12,024 nucleotides of DNA from an uncultured Nitrososphaerales archaeon (GCA_963709405.1 CAVPXM010000072.1:1-12024); one strand, 5' to 3'. Numbered from the stretch's first letter, positions 1 through 7,628 are shown. Program-made: numbers and translations. The notes: a model not told the origin generated them from the sequence alone.

Positions 1-8
1 CCAATACA

Positions 9-44
9 AAGATAAAATAAGATAAAATAAGATACGATAAAATA
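9..44. repeat. Short degenerate tandem repeat (AAGATAAAAT x2 plus partial copies; 5-nt periodicity ATAAG/ATAAA/ATACG)
   Basis: Read directly: aagataaaat aagataaaat aagatacgat aaaata. Confidence 0.6.
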
Positions 45-184
45 TTCAAAAGGGTTCCCTTACTGAAGGTCAAGATTAAATGAAAATATCGTAGTGATTA
101 AATAAAATATGGTGCTTTATAGATGGCAGCTCCCAATCAGGATATATTTTCTAAGATGCAAGGTCCGAGTAACTAGAAATAATT

Positions 185-198
185 TGAAAGTTTTAAAA
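185..198 (+). promoter_or_regulatory. Archaeal BRE-TATA promoter of the patatin gene
   Basis: Purine-rich GAAAG immediately followed by TTTTAAAA (191-198), about 32 nt upstream of the TTG start at 230. Confidence 0.55.
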
Positions 199-229
199 GG
201 ATCCATTTTCCTATTGCAATGTTGAAAGA

Positions 230-1699
230 TTGAATACGACAAGTCGCTTTCAAAGGGCATTAGTATTCCAAGGTGGTGGATCTCTAGGAGCTTATGAGGC
301 TGGCGTCTACAAGGCTACTTACGAATTGCTTTCTGAAAGAGACGTAAAACTGGGTAGGGAAGGAAAACCGTTGTTTCATATTGTAGCGGGTACCTCCATA
401 GGCGCAATGAATGCAGCTGTGCTAGTCAGTTATGTAAAAGAAAACAAGAGCTGGCAAGGATTTGCGGATCGACTGACTGAATTTTGGGAGTATATGGCGA
501 CGGAATCCTTCATGGATATAATTCCAGGTTTTAATGAATGGTGGAATTATTGGCAGAATTATTGGCACTATTTTAACAAGGATTTGGCGTCAAGCGAATC
601 GGCGAGAAGATATTATGGCACAAAGCAGTTCATGCTTAAAGGGGTACCCAACGTATTCAGCCTTACTAAAGCATTGGAAGATAGGAGGTTTTTAGATCCT
701 GTTAATACATGGTATCTTTATAGCAACGAACCGTTAAAAAGGAGCCTTGAGAAATTTGCAAAGTTTCCGATAGCAACCAGTTACCAAAATAATGAACCTC
801 GGCTACTTTTGGTGAGCGTCGACGTACAGGAAGGAAGCACTGTGGTATTTGATAGTTACGAAAAGGAGGATGGTACTCGGAAAACTGAATATGGCCGTTA
901 CGGTCCTGAATTTGCAAGGGGACCTAATGACCACGAGGGATATGAGCATGTAATTAGTCATAATGACGGGATAGAAGTTGACTTTGTTCTTGCAAGTGGT
1001 TCAGTACCTGTTAATTACGATTATACTAAATTAGGAGTCGAAGATTCCAATGGTGGACATGGGATCAATAGGGAAAATGAAAAACAGAACGAAGATGGAA
1101 ATAGCCTGATCACTAAGAAAGATCGCTATTTTTGGGACGGTGGCATTATCGCAAATACTCCACTTAGGGAGGCCGTAATTGAACACCGCAGGTATTGGGA
1201 TTACGTTAGAAAATCTGAAGTTCCTCCTCTACGCGTTTTCATAGTTAATGTACATCCAATTAAGCAGGATTCTTTACCTGCTGATTATGACGCACTTGTA
1301 GACAGAAAAAATGACTTGACGTATCATGATAGGACCTTGTTTGATGAAAGGATGGCAATAATGATCACCGATTACGTTAACATTGTTAATAGCCTCATTA
1401 AGCTAGCCGAAGATAATAAGGTTAAAAAGGCTTTAGTAGATAACATCCTAGAGCAGCAAGCCGAAACGAGAAATTTTAGCACTGGGAAGCATTTCAAATA
1501 CGCGGATCTCATCAACCATATGGTTTCTGTCGATCAGGTAATTAGAATAGAACGCAAGAACGATACACATACAATAGCAAATAAAACTTTCGATTTCTCA
1601 AGTACTACAATTAAAAAGCTATTAAGAGACGGTTATGAAGAGACACTAGAGCAGGAAACTAATATACTGCAAGTGTGGGACTCGGAGCACCCAAGATAA
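230..1699 (+). CDS. Patatin-like phospholipase/hydrolase with DUF3734-like C-terminus
   Basis: Oxyanion motif ALVFQGGGSLGAYEAGV, nucleophile elbow GTSIG (G-x-S-x-G) and catalytic WDGG-x2-NTPL. The C-terminal K-x-FDFS-x2-TI-x5-GY pattern is typical of DUF3734-bearing patatins. 489 aa, intact. Confidence 0.93.
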   Translation: MNTTSRFQRALVFQGGGSLGAYEAGVYKATYELLSERDVKLGREGKPLFHIVAGTSIGAMNAAVLVSYVKENKSWQGFADRLTEFWEYMATESFMDIIPGFNEWWNYWQNYWHYFNKDLASSESARRYYGTKQFMLKGVPNVFSLTKALEDRRFLDPVNTWYLYSNEPLKRSLEKFAKFPIATSYQNNEPRLLLVSVDVQEGSTVVFDSYEKEDGTRKTEYGRYGPEFARGPNDHEGYEHVISHNDGIEVDFVLASGSVPVNYDYTKLGVEDSNGGHGINRENEKQNEDGNSLITKKDRYFWDGGIIANTPLREAVIEHRRYWDYVRKSEVPPLRVFIVNVHPIKQDSLPADYDALVDRKNDLTYHDRTLFDERMAIMITDYVNIVNSLIKLAEDNKVKKALVDNILEQQAETRNFSTGKHFKYADLINHMVSVDQVIRIERKNDTHTIANKTFDFSSTTIKKLLRDGYEETLEQETNILQVWDSEHPR

Positions 1700-1810
1700 G
1701 CTAACATTAGCGTTAACGGGTCTAATTCCTTCATGATGTAGAAATTTTGCCTTTAATGTCTATTGATTTATTAATTGATTTTTTCCTTCATAACTTGTAA
1801 TTTCAAGTCA

Positions 1811-2029
1811 TCACAAGCCTCCTTTGATGTGTATTTTTGAATCCTCCGTGGAGGGGCTTGAATTTCTGGAGATGAAGGAGCCATAATGTTCGATGTCGAA
1901 TTGCAAGAGTTGTCTGATTTTTGTAACCAATTCGTTTGTAAATAATATAGTAGCAGGAAAGCTAACACCGAATTTGCAGTCCTGAAACAACTGAAGTCGT
2001 AAAAGACGATCATTTTCTTTCTCTGACAT
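1811..2029 (-). CDS. Hypothetical small protein (72 aa)
   Basis: ATG start with a protein-like N-terminus (MSEKENDRLL) and an AT-rich TATA-like element upstream (about 2042-2052). No recognisable motif. Overlaps an alternative frame at 1771-2013. Confidence 0.4.
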   Translation of the reverse strand: MSEKENDRLLRLQLFQDCKFGVSFPATILFTNELVTKIRQLLQFDIEHYGSFISRNSSPSTEDSKIHIKGGL

Positions 2030-2735
2030 AAAAATAATGGCTATAACTTAATTCGATTAGATTTTGTTAAATTTGGCAGCCTAGGGGATCAGCAAATGAA
2101 AGTATTACGTATTACATAAGCTAATAGTAATCCGAAGTCTGTCTATACGATATTAACTTACTAGAAGAGAAGACAGGAGAGAAGGCAAAGATAAAATCAA
2201 TCAGAACAGTGAACAAAGTCTTTTGATAGATCTTACAAAAGAATTCAAAGATCTTATCTAGTAGTAACATCAAAGTTCGGAAGATGCGAATACGAATACT
2301 ACTACATGTAGTATTTATATTGTTGCCTACATGTGGTTATTCTTCTTTGATTTCCGTTCTACTAATATTTCGTCAAGATAATATTTAACATCATCGATTG
2401 TTATTACAATTTAGAAATTTGCCATCATAAAAAAATTAAGATTATGTATGGAGATACAAAGTGATACAATAACGAAATTGGTTTTGATAAGCCTAATTTG
2501 AATGGAAGCAGTGTCTATATCTAGACGATCTACGGAAGACGAGCTCCACATAATAAGTTGCGACAAATATCTTTTCGATAGTTGGCATAAAGTAAATGGC
2601 AAAGTCATCACATTTCCTGTATCTGACAGAAGTTTAGTTTAGTTTAGAAATGGATTACACCTTTGGTATTATGTATGTACATACTGAGTTCTGGTTGGTA
2701 AAAAATGGCTAGATTTAATAAGTAATCCCGAACTG

Positions 2736-3101
2736 TCAACGACAGAATCCGGCAAATAGGTTGTAAGTCTGTGGACCAACACTTGTTAGCGCCTTTTGTA
2801 ATTCCTCGCTAGGGTTCCCGTAAACGTCAAATTTACTTATCCTAGAAACACTGAAAATCTTTGGAAGTATCGTTTGCGATGCTATGCCGGTATTGTGAGC
2901 AAGTGCAGCCTCTGAATTTGTATATGTTTCATGTACAATACACTTTGTCTCAGATTTATTAAGATAAAACTCGTAATTTATTGTATCTGGCTCGTTAGCT
3001 TCCACCACTCTGCTCATATCCTGTACCAGTTTCTTAAATTCTTCTATTTTTCCCTCTTCTATAGTAAATTCTGCTCTAAAATGTATCTGATTGTGCTCCA
3101 T
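2736..3101 (-). CDS. Antibiotic biosynthesis monooxygenase (ABM/Dabb) family protein, putative quinol monooxygenase-like
   Basis: Pattern EGKIEEFKKL...EANEPDTINYEFY...VHETY-x-NSEAALAH is characteristic of ABM folds. SD-like AGGAGG lies upstream of the ATG. Confidence 0.85.
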   Translation of the reverse strand: MEHNQIHFRAEFTIEEGKIEEFKKLVQDMSRVVEANEPDTINYEFYLNKSETKCIVHETYTNSEAALAHNTGIASQTILPKIFSVSRISKFDVYGNPSEELQKALTSVGPQTYNLFAGFCR

Positions 3102-3381
3102 GCTGCGTTCCCTCCTAACTAAATGATATCACCTAATTGAGGACGGTCCCATGGAGGATAGATTTTACTTTTCAAGTGTTTCCATTTCAGAATACTAGGT
3201 CTTCCTACAATGACTAGAAATGTTGATTAGTCCGGCAAATATTGTTGTTACCATAACTATTCCGGTCAGATGAATAAATTTTATGTGAGTTTTTATATTA
3301 ATTGATTCTTCCATATTATCATCAGAGGATATACTAGAAATTCACTATTTAAGTACTCTCGTCATAGTTACGCATCCATTT

Positions 3382-4341
3382 TTATTGAATAGTAATTTCA
3401 CCCATCTTACCAGTTTGATAATCTTCTACTGCTTGATGAATCTCTTCTTTAGTATTCATAACAAATGGACCATATCTTGCTACTGGTTCATTTAACGGAA
3501 CTCCACCTATTAGAAGAAAATCTAGAGCGGATTTATTATTAGTAGTAGTGGTAGTGGCAGTACTTGCAGCAGCGCCGATTTCTACTTCTTCGCCATCATT
3601 ATCAAAGATAATCATCTGTCCTGTATTTGCAGATTTTTGATTTTTAATAGGCCCAAATAAGGCCTCGCCTTTGATAATATATGCAAAAGCGTTATACTCT
3701 CTTGGAATTGCTTGTACCACTTTGGCACCTGGTTGTAGAGTGAAATGAAGATAAAAGATTGGGGTACGTGTGTCTATTATAGCACGAGCGCCTAATGCTT
3801 CACCTGCAATAACTTTAACTTTCACAGCACCATCTTCGTTTTGTGCTACAGGAATTTTCGAAGAAGGAATATCTTGGTAACGAGGTTTTATCATTTTATC
3901 ACGCCGTGGCAAGTTAACCCATAACTGAAATGCATGTAACATTCCTCCTATACGAGTAAATTCTTTGTCTGGCATTTCAGAATGAATAACGCCTGCTCCT
4001 GCAGTCATCCACTGTACATCACCTGGCCCAAGTTTGCCTGAATTTCCTCTAGAATCCTTATGCGCAAATTTACCTTCAATCATATATGTTACTGTTTCAA
4101 ATCCACGATGAGGATGGTCGGGTGCTCCTTTTGCTTCTCCTGGCTTCCAATTTTTAGGACCCATTTCGTCCAATAAAAGAAATGGATCAAAATCTAAAAG
4201 AGTATCAGTTGGAAATGGCCTATGTACAATAAAGCCTCCACCTTCTATTGTCTCAATACTATTTATAATATGAGAAACTGAACGTGAATGGTATTGTTCT
4301 TGTTTGTTAGTCAGATGATTAGTTTCTTTTCTTGTTATCAC
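3382..4341 (-). CDS. Pirin family protein (bicupin, quercetinase-like)
   Basis: DPFLLLDE, DHPHRGFETVTY, GDVQWMTAGAGVIHSE, QLWVNLP and GPFVMNT motifs. The metal ligands H-x-H...H-x-E are intact. Confidence 0.96.
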   Translation of the reverse strand: MITRKETNHLTNKQEQYHSRSVSHIINSIETIEGGGFIVHRPFPTDTLLDFDPFLLLDEMGPKNWKPGEAKGAPDHPHRGFETVTYMIEGKFAHKDSRGNSGKLGPGDVQWMTAGAGVIHSEMPDKEFTRIGGMLHAFQLWVNLPRRDKMIKPRYQDIPSSKIPVAQNEDGAVKVKVIAGEALGARAIIDTRTPIFYLHFTLQPGAKVVQAIPREYNAFAYIIKGEALFGPIKNQKSANTGQMIIFDNDGEEVEIGAAASTATTTTTNNKSALDFLLIGGVPLNEPVARYGPFVMNTKEEIHQAVEDYQTGKMGEITIQ

Positions 4342-4360
4342 ATGTAATATAGAGATAATA

Positions 4361-4371
4361 TATTATTTAAG
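4361..4371 (-). promoter_or_regulatory. TATA box of the pirin gene (probably leaderless or short-leader transcript)
   Basis: Minus strand reads CTTAAATAATA 20-30 nt upstream of the GTG start at 4341. Confidence 0.45.
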
Positions 4372-4707
4372 TCCAGTAGTATGATAGAACTTGGTTGGTA
4401 TTTAGCACCTAAGTAGGTAAGTTATAAATAACTGCTCCATTGATAGATAGGGCCATTTGTTATTAATGCCACGGTTATTGGATTTGGAGTATTTGCTTTG
4501 AGCGGAAAAGTTTATGTGAATATAATGACTATGAACGAACCTTTTGTCGTTCCAACGACGATATGGGATATCATTTATAACCACTACTCTTCTAGGCATA
4601 TGTCTGTAATCTCTTATTTTACCTAACTCTCGTGGTAACGTTTTAGCATGGGTTCTACTTTTGAAATCAATGTATATGAATTATCTATCATTATCATGAA
4701 TAATATC

Positions 4708-4854
4708 TCATTTCAAAAAATCTGATAGAGTAGTTTGTTTTAGGTTATTATGTGATTCTTCTACTGTATGAGGCACCTTAACATCCTTCCACGTCGCTTC
4801 TGATAAATCCAACATTTTCTTGAAAGTCAGCGTTCCAGGACCAAAGCCAGCATA
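4708..4854 (-). pseudogene. C-terminal remnant of a DUF72 (YecE)-like protein ending in a PIP-box-like motif
   Basis: Manual translation gives YAGFGPGTLTFKKMLDLSEATWKDVKVPHTVEESHII, then after a frameshift PKQTTLSDFLK*. YAGFGP recalls the NNHYAG motif at the end of DUF72 proteins (from memory, not searched). There is no start, and a stop lies immediately upstream. Confidence 0.55.
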
Positions 4855-5038
4855 TTACCTATATGTGTATGTGGATTATGACGATTGACCTGATAAGCTG
4901 CGCGCATAGAATGGAGCTGATTACTAACTTTAGTATCTATTTGAACTAATGAGGAAGAGGACGATTCAATCTCCTATCGTGGTGAAGGTGATTCAATCTC
5001 TGGCCATAGTTTTGCAAAAATAGCAGACAGGTTAGTCC

Positions 5039-5362
5039 TTAGCTATGAAAACATTTCTTCTTCCAGACTCTGCCATTTTCAACTCTGCTTTTTTGAAATT
5101 GCAAGAACCTTATAACATGCTCTAGTGCCGATTTTATTTCATGATTTGCTTTGAGTGCAAATGCATTACAGCGTTTATCTATATTGTTATCTTCGAAATT
5201 AAATTTGATAAAATCCAGAAAGAGTCTAATTCTCCTTTCGTAGTATTTTCTGGTTACTTCTGATCTAATGGAAAATTTGAACACTGCATAATGATTTGAA
5301 GAGATATCTTCCATATTCTCTTGCGATTGCGTTACTGAATTCGCAACTAAGGTACTTGTCAT
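5039..5362 (-). pseudogene. Truncated tyrosine integrase (N-terminal core-binding region only)
   Basis: YAVFKFSIRSEVTRKYYERRIRLFLDFI...RCNAFA...VIRFLQFQKSRVENG resembles the N-terminus of tRNA-adjacent Nitrososphaera-type integrases. It starts 50 nt past the tRNA 3' end in the same orientation. No catalytic R-H-R-Y domain follows. Confidence 0.7.
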
Positions 5363-5406
5363 CTCCTCTATTATTTATTATAACGGTGCCTAATAAGATG
5401 ACAAGT
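5354..5406. repeat. Perfect 11-bp inverted repeat between tRNA and integrase
   Basis: ACTTGTCATCT (5354-5364) and AGATGACAAGT (5396-5406), with an inner TATTA (5369-5373) / TAATA (5391-5395) pairing. Confidence 0.8.
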
Positions 5407-5412
5407 TTGGTA

Positions 5413-5505
5413 TGGGGCCAGTGGGATTCGAACCCACGACCGCCAGCGCCCCAGGCCTATACCCAACGTGGGATGGTATCCTTGACCAAGCTAGACGATA
5501 GCCCC
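5413..5505 (-). tRNA. tRNA-Pro(GGG) with a 17-nt non-canonical intron (5457-5473, position 29/30)
   Basis: Spliced minus strand: GGGGCTA TC GTCT AGCTTGGTCAA GGAT A CCA^GC CTGGGGC GCTGG CGGTC GTGGG TTCGAAT CCCAC TGGCCCC A (76 nt). All four stems pair. Anticodon GGG is at 5450-5452. CCA is not encoded. Confidence 0.95.
5457..5473 (-). other. tRNA intron with bulge-helix-bulge splice motif
   Basis: Intron TCCCACGTTGGGTATAG. Outer helix AGG/CCT, central 4-bp helix ATAC/GTAT, 3-nt bulges CA^T and AG^G, inner helix CC/GG. Confidence 0.9.
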
Positions 5506-5530
5506 TTAATAAGGAAATTTGTAATACCTC

Positions 5531-5538
5531 TTTTAAAT
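5531..5538 (-). promoter_or_regulatory. TATA box of tRNA-Pro
   Basis: Minus strand ATTTAAAA, 26-33 nt upstream of the mature 5' end at 5505. Confidence 0.55.
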
Positions 5539-6165
5539 GTACACAATTCACATCAATATTTAAGTCGAAACGATTGTCGTTTAAACTTACGACTTTTCTC
5601 ATCAAACACTAATTGCAGATGACTACATCTTTATGGTTGTTAAGGCCAAGTCGAATCTGGGCGTCAGAACTGTTTACGCTTGCTCTTGCTCTTAATCCAT
5701 ACCTTTGGAAATCTGACGAATAGAGCAGTGAGAGATCGAAAGGTAATTCGGCAGATGCCTGGATTCTTAGTCCATGTTCGAACTAGATTTGCTATCATAC
5801 GTAATCGCAGTTCCAAGTGAATGATACTTTCAAATAGAAGGACATACAATATCGTTATTTAATTGGTACCACTAGCATGTATTCTATTATCGGTCAGTTG
5901 TAACTTGGCTCAATCAAGACGGCAGTACTTACAACCCAAAAATGTAAAGCTCGAATGCTTTAAGATAGGTCTTCCAAGAAGAAATCAAAAGATGACGGGG
6001 CTAGATAGTGGATCGTTTTGATATTGCTCAATCCATAAATTATGAGCCTTTGTAGATACTCCTTCATTTATTTGAAGCATAAGATGATATTGATCTCCCC
6101 ACTCATTCCAATGCGTTGATTCGATGCATGATTATTTTACAAGTGCAGCAATCGCAGTTTAATCC

Positions 6166-6173
6166 TTTAATAA
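6166..6173 (+). promoter_or_regulatory. Candidate TATA box for the GINS gene
   Basis: TTTAATAA about 50 nt upstream of the start of the open frame (6219). SD-like GGTGA at 6214-6218. Confidence 0.4.
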
Positions 6174-6323
6174 GTCGGTATGCGTTAATGAATGTGTCAA
6201 ACATCTACTTAGTGGTGACAAATTAGATTAGATCTATCAACTAATGAAAATGGCGAAAAGGGAGGCAGCGAGGATTTACTCACGCTCAGCGATTTATGTA
6301 ATCTCGTAGTTAAGGAAGGACAA

Positions 6324-6854
6324 ATGAATGAACTACAAGCAATTCCACTGGATACCTACAGAAGGATTGCCACGAGTCTAGCGAGGTTAAGGGTTAACAA
6401 CTCCGTTGGTTTAGAAAAAGAAATAACAGACAGATTAATCCATCTTGTATCCCTAGTCGGTAAGATGTTGCTTGAACTTCGTAGAAATAAAATAGTTAGC
6501 TCAATTACCAGTACGTCGAGCTCTTCCTCCGAATCTAACCAGGGCTTGGACTACTCCAAACTTACAGAAGAGGAGAAATATATTTTGGATGCAGAGACTG
6601 AATATGAGAAAAGACAAGATATTATACTCTCAAGTATGCTTAAAGGGAGAGCATTTACCATGGAAATGTTGTCTGAGAAAATACGCTCAAAAAAAGTAGC
6701 AATAAGGTTTGTCAAGCCCTTCGGACAATTTTTGGGCGTCGATATGACTCGTTATGGTCCTTTCATCGGTGAAGATGTAACAATTTTGCCATTTGAAAAT
6801 GCTCGATCTTTGATTGAAGCTGGCATAGCATTAGAAGTAGACATAAAATATTAA
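6324..6854 (+). CDS. gins15: DNA replication GINS complex subunit, Gins15 (Gins51) type; true start probably upstream (frame open from 6219)
   Basis: Helical A domain (ELQAIPLDTY...ELRRNKI; KLTEEEKYI) followed by a C-terminal B domain (VAIRFVKPFGQFLGVDMTRYGPF-x2-EDV-x2-LPFENA-x2-LI-x2-GIA). This A-B order defines the Gins15 type. Confidence 0.88.
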   Translation: MNELQAIPLDTYRRIATSLARLRVNNSVGLEKEITDRLIHLVSLVGKMLLELRRNKIVSSITSTSSSSSESNQGLDYSKLTEEEKYILDAETEYEKRQDIILSSMLKGRAFTMEMLSEKIRSKKVAIRFVKPFGQFLGVDMTRYGPFIGEDVTILPFENARSLIEAGIALEVDIKY

Positions 6855-7562
6855 GAACCTATCCCAAAATCGTCCTCTATGGATGATGATACAAGAAGGT
6901 AGATCTACAATTGAAAGATAGTTCTGCGATTTTTTTCATATCTGACAGTTTTCTGAGCCCGCTATGCCAAGAGTTGGTTCTTTCAACAACCCATCTTCTA
7001 GAATTATGATGACTGCCCTTCATTATTGCTAACGGAGACTTCCTACCTCTATATCGAATACGGGATATGTATCCTTTTTCAAGAACATTATATGCAATAT
7101 TTAGAATCATATCCTTTATCAAGTCAGATATTTTGAACATCTTTATGCAGAGATTGTCTATTTATTAATATTTTGTCAAAAGTTCCTGTTGCAATCTTCG
7201 CATCATGTATATTAGCAACAGTAATAACAATAGATAATGGTGATATACCATTCTGATCTCAATAAATGACGTTTTGTCCCTAACATACCTCTATGTGTAG
7301 GATTATTGCCAGCCCTCATTTCCCCCTTAATGTGCCTTTATGGATACACTATCAAGTGATTGCCATTTCCAATGAATGCCTATTAGATCGTCATACCTTT
7401 TTAGCAGTCTAATCCTTAGTCTTTGAAATATCTTGATGTAGAGCACTGTTGGAATCGCCTATGATATGTCGAACGTTAGAAGGCATTTGACTCTACTTTA
7501 AACCCAAGTTATGAATAGGGAAAATCACAAACTATATTTCTATCTATTTTTGGGATATTCTC
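6855..7562 (-). mobile_element. Decayed IS5-family insertion sequence (probably IS1031-like), 708 bp, with TIRs and TAA target duplication
   Basis: TIRs GAACCTATCCCAAAA (6855-6869) and TTTTGGGATATTCTC (7548-7562) match at 12 of 15 positions. TAA flanks both sides (6852-6854 and 7563-7565). The interior carries transposase motifs. Confidence 0.85.
6877..7490 (-). pseudogene. IS5-family DDE transposase pseudogene
   Basis: Fragments across frames: HRRFQ (about 7449-7463), LLKRYDDLIGIHWKWQSLDSVSIKA, GNNPT, LGTKRHL, DQNGISPLSIVITVANIHDAK, NLC, and RRWVVERTNSW. Several frameshifts and a stop are present, and the N-terminal part is missing. Confidence 0.88.
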
Positions 7563-7628
7563 TAAGTCTATTTATTTCGATTACGTAAAGTATATTATTC
7601 TACAACTAATTACATAAATGAACCTGAG

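Noticed and set aside
702-917. ORF 702-917 (-)
   Set aside because: Antisense to the patatin gene, with no motif.
1771-2013. ORF 1771-2013 (-) as a separate gene
   Set aside because: Overlaps 1811-2029 on the same strand. A frameshifted single gene is possible, but I have no homology evidence for it.
2931-3122. ORF 2931-3122 (+)
   Set aside because: Antisense to the ABM gene.
2749-3241. TCCGGCAAATA repeated at about 2749 and 3231
   Set aside because: One copy is inside the ABM coding sequence, and a single 11-mer match is plausible by chance.
4402-4599. ORFs 4402-4599 (-), 2411-2611 (-), 5664-5849 (-) and 8127-8315 (+)
   Set aside because: Short, with no recognisable motif or convincing promoter/RBS. 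They cannot be supported, though they are not excluded.
5461-5475. Alternative anticodon readings within the unspliced loop (for example the CCCACGTTGGG hairpin)
   Set aside because: They lie inside the intron. Only the spliced form gives a 5-bp stem, a 7-nt loop with U33 and normal arm spacing.
5296-5622. ORFs 5296-5622 (+) and 5390-5605 (-)
   Set aside because: Shadow translations of the tRNA-Pro gene (WDSNPRP and GSNPTGP are the T-arm read as codons).
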